A stretch of 64,000 nucleotides of DNA from Cenococcum geophilum. Lineage: Eukaryota. Below are positions 50,801 through 63,432 of the stretch, piece after piece. Made by a program: the position numbers and the translations under genes. The stretch covers positions 32,550,001 through 32,614,000 of the forward strand of contig CP158635.1 of the NCBI GenBank assembly GCA_050273025.1, written 5' to 3'. The notes under the pieces were generated by a model. That model made no database searches. It was not told the origin of the DNA and saw only the letters and a list, made by a program, of their open reading frames with translations. Every line of letters begins with the position of its first letter. Within the stretch, counting starts at the first letter, position 1.

Positions 50801-53800
50801 CTACTTAACTAACGTAGAACTACAACGTCTATACCGTTAGTTTGGTCACCTATTAGTTAACAGACTATAAAAGCTTCTTAATAAAGCTGGCTACGGCTAT
50901 AACACTAATAGATCTGCTATTGAAGAACTAACTAGACTTTGCTACTACTGCTAGAAGTATAGCAGATCTCTAGGTAGATTTCGCTTTACCTTATAAGATA
51001 ATATTAATTTTAATTATAACATTATCGTTGATATTATATATATTAGCGGCTCCCCCCTACTATACGTAGTTGATAAAGCAACTTGATTTTAAACTGGTAG
51101 ATAGCTATAAGATATTAGCGCCAAGCATATTTAGGATATTCTTTAAATGTGCTAGATTAACAGCTATTTAGGACTATTAGACTTAATCACTATAGACGCT
51201 AAGAAGAACTTTGTTAGTAAGGAGTTTAAGCACTATACTGCCACTATGGGAGCAACTATAAAGTTAGTTCCAGTCGAATTATACAATTCTATTGGAATGG
51301 TAGAACGCTACTACGGTCCGCTACAATGAGCCTACTAAATCATTACGACTGAAATCCCTGAAATTAGCAAGGATATGGCCCTATAAATGGCCTTTAAAGC
51401 CATTAATAATACGGCTGGCCTAGAAGGCCTAGTCCCTATACTCCTAGTCTTTAGAGCCTACCCCTAAATGGTTAAATTGGACGCGCTATCACCTTTAGTT
51501 ATACAGCGAGCTACGGCTATTAAGAAAGCAATGGTGGAAATTTAGAAGCTATAAGCTAAACAATAGATCGCTAACGCTCTTAATATACGAAACGGACTAC
51601 AAACTGACGCTATTTATAGCCTCCTACCTAGTTCGCCTGTCTTAGTCTAAAGAGAAGGCAATACTAGCTAAAGCGGTTATTGGGACGGGCTATATATACT
51701 GCTTACCGTTGACGGCAAGACCTATACTATAAAACTACCAAATGGGCCTACGACCTTCCGCTCTATAGTTATAAAACCTTATTTACTAGACCTATAAAAC
51801 CTAGTCGAACTATAAGAGTCTGTTAAATTAGATAAACTAGTACCTTTACTAGCTGAACCTTAATTGTTACCTAAGGCTAAACTATAGTTACCGCTAAAGC
51901 GAGGTAGAGGCCGCCCCCGTAAATACCTATTGCTTACGGCCGTCGCAGATATAGCTGTTATGGATACTATAATGGATATAGGCGCTCTTACGGGTGATAT
52001 TGCGGATATTGCGGATATTGCGGATATTGCGGATATTGCTAATATCGCCATCTACTTATAGGACGATAATACCGTAGATATGGCTAACACTACTATTTAC
52101 TTATAGAACGATAGTAACACCTAATTTAGCGCTTTACGACAAAAGGAGGTTATAGGCCTACTTAAGAAAGGCGTCTTTAAGATTATTAAACTATATAATA
52201 TGCTAAAGGGGGTTAGACTCTTTAATTTATGGTTTATTAATAAAATTAAGAATAAGGGAACCGATAAAGTCTTTAAGAAATTATAACTTGTTATATAGGC
52301 CTATAATAACTTAGAGAAAGAGCTAGTCCTTACTTAGTTACTAACGATTTAACGAGTTAGTTAGCGGCTGATTCTCTATATTGCTGCTATACTACTATAG
52401 ACACAACTCTACCTCTAAGACATCTTATAAGCCTACGTCTAGTCTACTATGAACCTAAACCGCGAGTTCTATATACGACCACTATATAAGCTAAATAAAT
52501 AATTAGGAATTAATACGGACTCTGTTTTAAAGGTTATAAAGCCACTTTATAAAGTACCTAAAGCTGGAAACCACTGGTTTAAGACCTACTATTTATACTA
52601 CGTTAATTAGCTATAAATGGACCAGTCCACGTACGACCCTTGTTTGCTTTATAGCAATAAGCCTTTTAGAATTGTTGGCCTATAGACTAATAATATACTA
52701 TTCCTTATAGATGATACCTTTATAGAGGCTAAATAAAGCGAACTATATAAGGCTGAATTTATAGCTAAGGAGTAAGAGTAACTAACCGCTAATATACTAA
52801 TTAAGTTTAACAGAGGACTTATTTAATTAACACGAGACAGGAGTATTATGCTGACGCAAAAGCGCTAGTGTAAGAATCTTAGTATGGTTAATACTACGCT
52901 AGCAGATAGCACTAGCTCTAGAGAAGTTACGTATGGCTTACTTACGCTAAAGGACTAGTATATCGCTTAACGCGCTAGAGGAGCCTATATCGCCTTAGTT
53001 TGTTAGCCAGAGGCTTTATATAACCTATTTTTTGCTACCTAGGTAATTAACCTAGTTAAAGATAATGTAAAGAGTCTTAATAGGCGATTAAGCTGGCAGA
53101 TTAAGAACGCGAATAGAGGCCTAAAGTTTGTTAAGCTAGACGTTAATACCTTATAACTTCTAGTATTTATAGACGCTTTCTTCGCTAATAATAAGGACCT
53201 ATCTTCGCAAATTGGCTATATACTTGTACTAGTAAACGCCTTAAATAAGGCAAATATTGTCTACTAGTCTTTAATTAAGTGTAAAAGAGTTACTAGGAGT
53301 GTATTAGCCTTAGAGCTATATAGTATAGCGTACGGTTTTAATATAGGCGCTATAATTAAATCTACGCTAGATAAGGTCCTACAGGTTAACCTACTACTTA
53401 TTCTCTATACTGACTTAAAGTCTTTATACAACTGTCTCGTCCGACTAGGAACTACGCAAGAAAAACGCTTAATAATTAATATAATGTACCTTCGCTAAGC
53501 TTATAAACGAAGACAGATTACCAAAGTTAAGTAGATTAATAGAGACACTAACCCTACGGACGCTATGATAAAGGGTAAACCCTATACGGCACTATTATAG
53601 CTCATTAACACGAATCGAGTTAAATTATGGGCTGTAGGGTGGGTTAAACGGACGGATTTAGCTTTGGTCTAGCGTTATATAACTAGGTGTAACGGGCTTA
53701 TACTATATAGAGCCAGCCGCCAAGGCGCTAGTAGTAGGCGAGCTAATAGCGATTTTCTATGCCGGGCATGGAAAATTCTAATTGGCTGGTTTAACGGTAT

Positions 53801-54141
53801 AGCAGAATTTGGCAGAATTTAGCAGAATTTGGCAGACGACGCTCCAGCACCGTTACATGTGGAAGCTATTGCGTATTATAGACGGAAGAGCTAACTATTG
53901 CGTATACGCTACGAATAGTCTAGAAGAGACTTAACTTTGGAGTGTAGATTAGCCTTCTTTTTAGAGTTGCTCCAGTGTCGGAACGTTAATCACGTGACGT
54001 GGTTACGAGGCCACGAAGCGAGACTAGCTATCTGACTTTGGAGCAACCCCTTTCTTCTAGAATCAACTACCAACTTCAACACCGCATACGTACCACTACA
54101 AGTGATATTCGTGCACGTTGATAAAGAGAGTTATACCGACA
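47829..54141 (+). mobile_element. Full-length Ty1/Copia LTR retrotransposon, RIP-degenerate
   Basis: 166-bp LTRs 47829-47994 and 53976-54141 (TGTCGG...CCGACA); TSD gcacc; integrase (~50830-51450) precedes RT (KPLY.VP.AGNHWF, VGL.T..IL) and RNase H (VFIDAFFANNKDLSSQIGY). Confidence 0.95.
53688..53857. mobile_element. Solo-LTR-like insert in the Copia 3' region
   Basis: Termini tgtaacgg...ccgttaca; its end resembles that of the 13436-13628 solo LTR; flanks ctagg/tgtgg do not form a TSD. Confidence 0.65.
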
Positions 54142-54547
54142 GCACCTTAAGCTTCTCTACGTTTACGTCGTCCGTAGCTTAGGCTACTGCAAAATCATTC
54201 CGTATAAAGTTAATAATAAAGTAGGTAAGATAACTACAAAGGGCGAATGACTAGGTACTAGCTAGGTAGAGAAATTGAGCGATTTTAGTGCGGGCGCATG
54301 GACGATCCGCACTCCGCGTCAGCCACACGCATGATGCGAGCCTCAGAGTTCACCGAAAGCTTCAGATGGGGAATACGAGCTTACCATTGCTCTTCCAGGC
54401 AGCAACAGTGATTCCTAGATTGGTTTACACTGATGCACTTCTGCAACTAGATACTTCTCCACTGGTGGAAAGCCAATCTTTCAGGCTCCAAGTCTATCAA
54501 CCGACCTCGTTCGGCTTCGGAAACTCGACGTTAACTCAATTGCCAAC

Positions 54548-56184
54548 ATGACTGGGTCGCAGAGCCTTGCAATCCGACCGGTGCATGACGAAACTGCTCG
54601 AGAGTACTTCCATCACTCCAGCGCCCAGCGTGTTAACACCGACATTGTCATTGTCGAAGCTCTTCGAAAGCAGTACCCGGAGTTCAATGTAGTCATTGCC
54701 CCCCAAGCTTCCTGCAACCTTTTGGCATATGCTGGAGCTGGCCATGCCATAGCAACGCCTATCGAAGACACGAATGACCCTATATATGCGCCTGTGAAAT
54801 GGCGCCAATACCTTCCGCCGGCTCGCCGGCTCGACCATCAGCCGGGAGCGCTAGTAGATATGGTCTTGTTCGGGAAATACATGTACAGTTGGAACAACCA
54901 CGAGTTCATTGTTTACATCGTAAATGGTCGAGATGGGACAGCATATTACCCCGCCGTCGTAAACAACTACATTCTCACCAAAGAGAGCTACCCGGCCGAC
55001 CAATTGATTATCGCTGCTACTCGGTATAGCGCTGAGCTGCACAATGAGGTGTGGGTATTTGATCAGGGATATTGGCAGAAGTCTGGAGAGCTATGGCAGA
55101 GCGTCCAGCACTCAAAGTGGGATGATGTTATATTGGATCCTGGAATGAAGAAGGCCATCATCGACGATGTGCAGAACTTCTTCAGTTCTAGGGACACATA
55201 CTCTAAGTTCAAAGTTCCCTGGAAACGAGGGATAATCTACTATGGCCCTCCAGGAAATGGTAAAGCTCTAGCATGTTTCTGCCCCATATTGCTAATTTAC
55301 TCCCCTAGGCAAGACTATCTCAATCAAGGCCATGATGCATTCTCTTTATCAGCGCAAAGAGCCGGTTCCAACGCTTTACGTGCGGACCCTCACAAGTGTA
55401 AGCTTACCATAGGATATTCCAATGTGGTACATGACTTGAATTTGGTTTAGTATGCTGGACCCGAATACTCTCTCAGTCAGATCTTTATGAAAGCTCGTCA
55501 GGAAGCTCCCTGCTATCTTGTCTTCGAGGATCTTGACAGCATTGTTACCGATAATGTCCGAAGTTACTTCTTAAACGAAGTAGATGGGCTTCGGAGCAAT
55601 GATGGAATTTTGATGGTCGGCAGGTAGGTCTTGGGAGTCCTAACTCAACTGGATAGACGTGATAACTTGCCATAGCACGAATCATTTGGATAGGCTGGAT
55701 CCGGGCATATCGGTGCGTATTCATCTCATTTTCCGTGCTGATGGTTTTACAATCAGGACGTGTTGACAGAAAGCCTCAGAAACGGCCTAGTCGGTTCGAC
55801 CGCAAATACCTTTTCCCTGATCCGAATCTCGACCAGCGAATTGCATATTGTCACTATTGGCAGGGCAAGCTGTCGGATAATGAAGATATTGACTTTCCAG
55901 ACAAGCTGTGCACAGCGATTGCGAAGATAACTGACAAGTTCAGCTTCGCCTACATGCAAGAGGCTTTCATAGCGGCACTCTTAGCTATTGCGGTGTCTCA
56001 GGATGGGTCCAATACGGATCTATACAGTGGGCCTGAAGCGGATGTAACACTCAGTTCACAAATAGCGACCCATACACTTCGAGGCGATGACCCAGAGCTT
56101 GATGACTTAATCTTATGGCATGAGATCAAGAAGCAGATCAAAGTCCTACGGGATGAGATGGATAAAGATAGGATGCAGTACTAG
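54548..56184 (+). CDS. AAA+ ATPase (fungal single-AAA family)
   Basis: WDDVILD..MKK, KVPWKRGIIYYGPPGNGKT (Walker A across an intron), LVFEDLDS (Walker B), FLNEVDG, RPSRFDRKY. Confidence 0.93.
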
Positions 56185-57757
56185 AAGGCTATGGCTGCCT
56201 GATGGAACAGTCATCGATCTGTATGTCAGGGAAGAGATGTGGCTGCCGTTGGGTAATTTTGGTGTATGCAGGGCAATTTGGCTGGATGTGATTGGCTAAT
56301 TCAATGCCATCCAACATGGCAGCCAATAGATCGGAGTTTTGTGCTACACTTGGTTGGAGCTATCCACAGGGGATATGCAGTCGATCTAAACAATCAAACG
56401 AATCGACCGGGCCAATTCTCTTAACATCCAAAAGTGATATCGTGTATTTCGCTGTAGGATTGCGCAGATGCCGCGAGAGGTGCCAATTGCATCATAGCTT
56501 GGCTGGCTCTGCGACGGAGCCGCAAATCAGGTGAACCCTGGATGCAGAGCGCTGGAGGCGAGGGAGAGAAGGATGTGCACAGGCTGTTTACACAGCCAGT
56601 TCTCACCTCGCACCGGTCAATTCTGATGCTGGAGATTGCAATTGTTGCTCAGCTGGTCGCGAAAGACAAGGCAAAAGGCAACTACTGCGCATGTTTCGTG
56701 GAGCGAGCCTTGCCGGTAATCCCCGCCAATCTCCACGTGAGGTTTCTCGTACCTAGCCATGAGCACCACCTCAGCTCCCGCACTTGGCCGCACCTCGCCG
56801 CACCTGGCCTCCTCCACGGCCTCGTCATCAGCACCGCCGACTGCCTCACCACGTTGCTTCCGTATTCTCCTTGCGCGCTCTCACGTCCAAATTTCATCGC
56901 CGCTCGGTGATGGGAAGGGGGGGGCCGGTGGGCATTTCTAAGTCACCGCTCAGCACATCCAGGCACCAACGCGCACCGCCCCCCAGCTAGCCTATCCAAG
57001 TCGAGCATGTTCAACTTACCCAGTGCGTTCAGCGGTGCCAGTCACTGGACCATTGCTTCAGCCTACCCTATCCTCTGAGAAAGCGTCAATGGCGCTCCTT
57101 CCTCGCCGGGCGGCAAAGCTCCCCCAGTCAGTTGGCTGTCCCTGCCTGTGTGCCTTGCAGCACACGTTCAGTCATCCGCCTTCTTGTCGTCAGACCTCTT
57201 CCTGCCGCACTGTCCTGGCCTCTTCAAGATGACGGCCGGCCATGTTCGTCTCCATTTCCTTCCAATTTCACCCGATGACTCTGAAAAGCGGTTGCGTTGG
57301 CGCGCCCTTGCTGCCTGTAGCTATCGATTCTGCCTCACAGCTTTGACCGCAAAAGACGCCAGGCACTGCCTCAATGAGTCCCAACAAGTCATACCTTAGG
57401 CTCCTGCCTTTCCCCTGGCCCTCTATGGGTCGTTTCCGTCTACACTGGAGACCTAGGGGAGGCCTCAGGAATCTGCCTGAAGCTATAAAAGCCTTCTCGT
57501 AGCGTTCTGTCTCTCTTTGTTCATTGTGATTCATACACTCAAGACTCATTCAACTATAGCTCACCTTGATATTCTACTCTCGTGCCTTCAGTTCACTCAT
57601 ACACGACCCTCAATTTGCTGTGTCAGATCAGATATCTCAGTAAACGAGCCTACGCCGCGTAGAACCTCGAACTCCGCAAATCATAACTACTGTTTCTGAG
57701 CCTTTCTGTGCCTCCAAACGCCTCAACCGCCGCATAACCTCAAGCCACCACGCAACA

Positions 57758-58063
57758 ATGTCTTCCAATACGTACCCTTCCAAGCCCTCCAAGACTAGTT
57801 CGTCGTATGCCTCTCGCTCTCCATCTAGTAAGCCTCTCCATCTGCAAGCTTCCATCTGGCCAGCAAGACGTCGGACTAACGAGTCTTCTCTTGAAGCCTT
57901 ACCCTCGAATTCCTCTCAAAGCATCTATGCAAACTCCGCCACCTCGAGCCGATCAAACCGTGGCTATGGTAGCAAACCTACTGTTGTTATCCATAATGGA
58001 GGCGGCCAGACCTATGACACCACTACCAGCAGCTCAGCTGGCAATTCGGGATACTATAACTGA
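57758..58063 (+). CDS. Small Ser-rich hypothetical protein (~78 aa if spliced)
   Basis: Good ATG context (acaATGt); intron-like 57828-57896 (gtaagc...actaac...aag); pyrimidine-rich leader and T-rich trailer. Confidence 0.6.
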   Translation: MSSNTYPSKPSKTSSSYASRSPSSKPLHLQASIWPARRRTNESSLEALPSNSSQSIYANSATSSRSNRGYGSKPTVVIHNGGGQTYDTTTSSSAGNSGYYN

Positions 58064-58698
58064 GAGCGTCACATCTTCGGCGGCATATTGTATTCTTCTG
58101 ACTCATGAGATGCCACTTCACTGGAGCGAGGCGGAAACTCTAACCGGCGTTTCTCTTGCATTTGGAATGGCTTCTTGGGCGTTTTGGCATAGATGTATGG
58201 CACAATGCCTTTGGCGGTACGACTGGTTTCATTGGGCGGGACTTTGGGTACTATGTTTCTTATGTTTAAGATTGGGATTTCTTAGGCTAGGTTGGGTTGA
58301 GAGGGCTCCCCCCTATTGGATGTATTATGAGTATTAGAAATCTAACGTATCGTTAAATTCCATGATTTTTCTCGAACTAATGCTTGTGACATGATGAAAT
58401 ATAACGTGAGTACTTTAGAAGGGCTTAAAGAGTACAATTCATAACAGAACAAGAGAATTAGTTTCCTGGCTTGTATTCCTTCTGTGGTAAAACAATGATC
58501 ACCACTCAAGCTATGACGAAGTTCCTTGCCCCTCGCCTTAGTTTAACCCGAGGGGAAATTATGCTGCCCCAACTCTCCGCCCCGATTATTATGCGTAAGC
58601 AATTGAATTCTTCCATCTCAATATCCCATACCCCTAACAAAAAAATCCTACTACTCAAGCCCCATCTCCCCATATCCGTCTGAAAATCCAAACCCACA

Positions 58699-59316
58699 AT
58701 GCTCTCCCGCGCCCTCACCCGCCGCAGCCAGCACTTCGCCCGCGCCCTCCTCCGCACCTCTCGCCCTTCTCGCTCTCGCCACGCCCTAGCAGCAGCACCA
58801 CCCGCAGCACCAAGCTTCCAAACCATCCCAAAACGACACTTCACAGCCTATCCAGCCAGGCGGAAAAAGACCAACCCGCAACCCGTCATCGACCAGAAAA
58901 TGGAGGAGATCCAGGACCTGTAAGCCTCGCCCACAACGCCCACATTCCCCTCTTCCCCCGCCCGCCCCACCCCACCCCGCCCCGACCCTCCACCTCCTCC
59001 GGCTTCCCTGGTCCCCCCTCTCTCTCTCCTCCAAACAGCTCAAACCCCCCAAACTAACCCCCTGCACAGCTACGCCACCGCCCGCGACGAATTCGAGATC
59101 GCGGCCGAGGAGACGGAGAAGCAGACGGTGTACGCGGCCGACGACCGCGCCGCGGCGCGCGACGAGCTGGCGAAGCTGGTGGAAGCCTACAAGCGCGTCG
59201 TGGAGGGCCCGGATGCGGAGGTGGGAGAGGAGGTGCGGAGGCGGGTTGGGCAGCGGATTCGGGAGCTGGAGAACGCGGTCACGGCGATGGAGGAGATGGC
59301 TTTGGGGCAGGGTTGA
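58699..59316 (+). CDS. Hypothetical helical protein with a mitochondrial-type presequence
   Basis: Arg/Ser/Ala-rich N-terminus; EEIQDL|YATARDEFEIAAEETEKQTVYAADDRAAAR..VGQRIRELE; intron ~58920-59069; strong GC3 bias. Confidence 0.8.
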
Positions 59317-59552
59317 GGGGGCAGGGGAAGTGGAGGGGGGCCTTATGGCGCTGGGTGTATTATGGTGGATAGGGCTTTGTAAAAGTATTTGGGCGGGCTT
59401 GGTTGGAGCACCGGGTTGCTTTGTGTATGATAATGTGTCGTAGCAGACCGTGCGGGTATCATATTCGTCAAATCTACTCGCTAATCCTACCATCCAAGAA
59501 CGGCGTCTGTGTCTCCTTGGGTGAAGTGCCATCTCCCCTTTTACGTTTCTGC

Positions 59553-61120
59553 TCAATCCCAGTATTTAATCGCTCCACTCAAGTCCCCGGTAACCACCTT
59601 GGACGTCTCCCTCGGATGCCACTGCACCGCCAGCACCGGACTGTCGCCCGTCTGGATCTTATGCCACATCTTGCACGTCTTCCAGTCCCAGAAGCAGACG
59701 TAGCCTCCGCTATCGCCGCTGGAAATGAACTGGCCGTCCGGACTGATCGACACGTCGCACGCGTAGCCCGCCGTGTTGTGGCCGTGGAACTCCTTCTTCC
59801 GGTTCTGTCTGAACCGGTCCGTCGACGCGTATACCGTGATCTTGTTGTCGGCGCTCTGGAATGCGACGTACTTGCCCGACGGGTGCGGCGCGCTGCGTAC
59901 CATGCTGTACATGTATGGCTCGGCAATGAATTTGATGGGGACAGGGATGCCGTATTCCCAGGCGCGCAGGGACTTGTCATCCGAGGTGGTGATGAAGCGG
60001 CGGTTCTCGTCGCAGAAGGTAACTTTATTATAAATTAGTATGAAGATTGTGGATTTTGTTGAAGTTACTCACTGGTATTGACTGGACCAAGGTGATGGTC
60101 ATACTCCTGAACAAGCTCTCCCGATCTTGTGTCGTATTGGACGATCCGCTTGTCGCTCAAGCCTGCCAAAAATTCGTGCGGGACGCTGGGGTTGAAGCGG
60201 ACGACGTGGGGCGTCTTTCCAGTGGTGAATTTGGAGACACATTGACCAGTTTCGGTGTCCCACTACGGATAATGATTAGTATTTATCTAGAAAACTTAGA
60301 TGTCTCATGCTTACAAGCTTCATGTAACGATCATAGGATGCGGAAAGGAATTGTTCGCCAGAGGGGTTGAAATCAATATCATTGACACTCTGAGAAGAAG
60401 TCAGTTTTCTGAGAGCTTGCCTAGCATCAAAGAAGAGCACTTACCTTGGTATGACCAGAATACGTCCGTAGGAGCTCCCTGTTCTTGAAAGCAGACCAAA
60501 TCGCAATCTTATTGTCTGCCGATGCCGACAAGAGCAGGTGGCCAGTATCGGGGAAGAAGCGTAGCTGTGTAATGCTCTTTGTATGGTATTTAAATGTATG
60601 CACAAGTTTTTTCGGAATAAAATTCTTGATGCCGCTTGTGTCGCCTTTCAGATTGATATCCAGATCTACCATGCGTCAGTAAAACCGTCATAAGCATCCA
60701 AGTTGGAGTTAACTCACCCATAGGAACAGCCATATACGTCCTGCCCTGATAATCGTACTGCTGCTCCCCATGGAACTCCGTCCTCTCCGCTCCAGCCCCA
60801 GAATCCTCATAGTCCGTACCCGCTTTCGTTGGCGGTGGCAGCGGCTGTGGCTCAATATCATCCTCTTCATATTCCACCTCCACCTCCTCCTCTTCTTCTG
60901 AACTCGCATCCGGTTTTTCCTCTTCGTATCGTGCCCACGGCCCCTTATAGCTGTTGGCTCCAAAAACGACACTAGCATCGCCCTTGTGCTCCCGCTTTCG
61001 CTTCTTCGAAGGGTTCGGAGCGGATTCGATGGCTCGGTGGGCGGCTCTAAATGAAGCTTCCGACACGAAAGTTTCCTCTGCGTAGCCGGTTGGCACCTTT
61101 CCTTTGGTTGAAGTGGTCAT
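59553..61120 (-). CDS. PRP17: Pre-mRNA splicing factor Prp17/Cdc40 (WD40); 5' end uncertain
   Basis: [69 protein letters not shown]. Confidence 0.93.
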
Positions 61121-62016
61121 CTTGTCCGGTCCTTCAGCGGACGCTGAGTGCTTTCCGGCGCGATTTAGTATTTCACTCGTGCCCGCAAGTTGTTTAGCAC
61201 AACCGGTAAGTAGCCAAGAATATGGTGATATTTGGAAGGCCTAGCGGGGTTCCAGGGGCAGAACTGATGGCCTTGTTAGATTGCTTGGAGTTCAAGACTG
61301 GAAATTTATGTGACTAAGCGTAGACATCATACATCGCCAAGAAATCATTGACAATGGTATTGTAAAAGGACATTATATCGATTCGTCCCAGATTAAAAAA
61401 TTATTGGTTTATAGCTCTTAAAATCTTCAAGATTCTCCAGTACCGCCATGAGCGGCGAAGATTTTCAGCGGAACTCTCCTAAGACAGTTGTGGAAGGCGT
61501 GAAAGATTCATGTATCAAGCATTCAATCACAGCGAAGCTACTATTATCAAGCGTACTACCTGCAAGACACGTGGCCTCAGTGAAGACGGCTAACGAATAG
61601 AATCTCCCGCTGGCAGGCTACGCAAGAGTCCGACGATTATACTCAGGACTACAGGTAAGAAAACCATTCTGCTCCGATTCCAAAACAATGACTACATTAA
61701 CATCGTCGCCTTGATGCATACAATCCATGATAGAGAGACACGGTATCATAGAACATAAGAATTTCGACTCAACAACTTCTCTTCTGTCCTTACTCCCGAC
61801 CGTTTCATTCCTGTAGATGCCAAGCGTAGCGTGAAGTGGATCCACATCTATGTCGAAGGCCGCACAATCTCCTGGTTGGAATACTTCTGTACATGCATTC
61901 CGCTCTTACCTTTATCCAGCCGCGCACATATGAAACAGAGACCTGGCACAATTAACTGTCTTTCAGTGCCGCCCTTTTCTTCCATACTGCATGTTTTTGG
62001 CCGTTTCAGCTTGCAG

Positions 62017-62862
62017 TCAGTGAGACTCGTCGCGGATTAAAGCGACGATCATGCTGTAGAGGTAGAAGAAAAACATGACAAGGTGGAATCCAAGCTTAAT
62101 GAACGATTCCTATTATCATCGCGTGTTAGTAATGATTTGACCTCCCAAAAAAAAAACCTCGTGAGTCTTCGAATAAATTCGTGACGACTGAAAAGACAAG
62201 GGGCAGACTTAATAAGACGTAGAAAGAAGGGTATGAGGTACATTCCCACAGCCAGACAATGTCGCGTGACCGGACATTAGATGATAGGTCGCCGAGAGAG
62301 CGGATAAATAGAAAATGACAGGGTAGCTACCTTCTTATGTACGTTCAATTTCCTAAAAATTTCCGTTGCATCCAAAAGATGCTGGTTCTCAAATATTCTA
62401 GTCCACAATCAGCTACAGCTCCCCAAGTATATCAAATTGTGGCGATCTAGTCTTGCACATACTTCTTTCCGTTCCATACTAAGAGCGGGAGATTCAACAA
62501 AAGCGCAATCCAGTATCCGTTGATGAGGAAGAGGAAGGTGAGGAAAGCGTGAACGGCGGCTTCGGGGACAATATAGGTGTTGAGTCTGTTGCAGAGGTCG
62601 ATGGGGTTGATGTAGTCACTGGTAAAAGTTTATCAGCCTTGCAATCATTCCTATAGTTGTTGTAGTTTGGGATTGTCGCAAGCTAGTTTGTGATGAAGAC
62701 GGGAAGGCTGCATGCGAAAAGCTGGCGTCTATCGTCTAGACGTTGAGCAGAGAGCACGTACCATTCCAAATCGCTGTACATTATCGTAAAGAAGACTTGC
62801 AAGAAAAGGTTGACGGCGTTTATCAGGACGGCTAATAAGTATAGCCATGCTTCTCCGGACAT
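62017..62862 (-). CDS. ERV14: Cornichon-family ER cargo receptor Erv14 (four exons, not in the ORF track)
   Basis: Spliced [47 protein letters not shown]...[57 protein letters not shown]. Confidence 0.96.
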
Positions 62863-63432
62863 TGTGAGGGTTTTATGTGCGGCGCAGCACTGATCCGACT
62901 AGATGAAAGCGATGTTTACGAGATTCTTGCTCTCTTTATCAAAAGTATTATTCTGTTCGAGTAAGAAGCTTTGGTGCTGGGAAGTAGGCGAGGTTGTGCG
63001 GATAGTGGAAGTTATCGGGTGAAACGCGGAAGAGAAGACAGTGGGTAGAGAGTCGTGACTTGGATTAAGTTCGGGGACGGAGGAACTTGCAGCTCAATGG
63101 ATTTGACAAGCAGGGAAGCGCGAGGCTCCAGGTATCTTGTGAAACGTTGTCTTCACGGGCGATGGCAGGCTGCAGAATGTTTTGGATGACGTTTTGGAAA
63201 CGAGCTGGTGGTGCTGTTGGCATCGGCACCTCGCCAATTTTCCGTGTGGAAAGCCCCCTCCACTGGCTTTAATGGTGACGCCCAGAAAGCTTGGACATTT
63301 CATAACATCACCATGCTTTCAATTTAATTTCATAGCCAAATCAATTCAAATAAGCAAGAGTTAGATATCTAGCTGCAGTTATAGCTGCGCTATGTCCAAG
63401 ATGCATATACAGCGCAAAGGCCGTAGAAAGAC

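Larger units (their letters stand above)
46996..54305 (+). mobile_element. Tc1/mariner-like DNA transposon, internally deleted, split by the Copia insertion
   Basis: Imperfect TIR tcgtccatgcg(cc)cgcactaa at both ends; degenerate transposase from ~47069 (VF.DEFH.GI..Q..K.IKRKIG-like ~47675-47745) resuming after 54146 (KIIPYKVNNKVGKITTK); TA TSD not clearly seen. Confidence 0.7.

Noticed and set aside
51990..52045. 9-bp repeat (gatattgcg) and the minus-strand SAISAI ORF
   Set aside because: Minisatellite in the Copia integrase-RT linker; the ORF is an artefact of the repeat
57807..58337. 176-aa ORF overlapping the small Ser-rich gene
   Set aside because: Trp/Cys-rich tail looks like translated 3' UTR; the other frame has the better start context and splice signals
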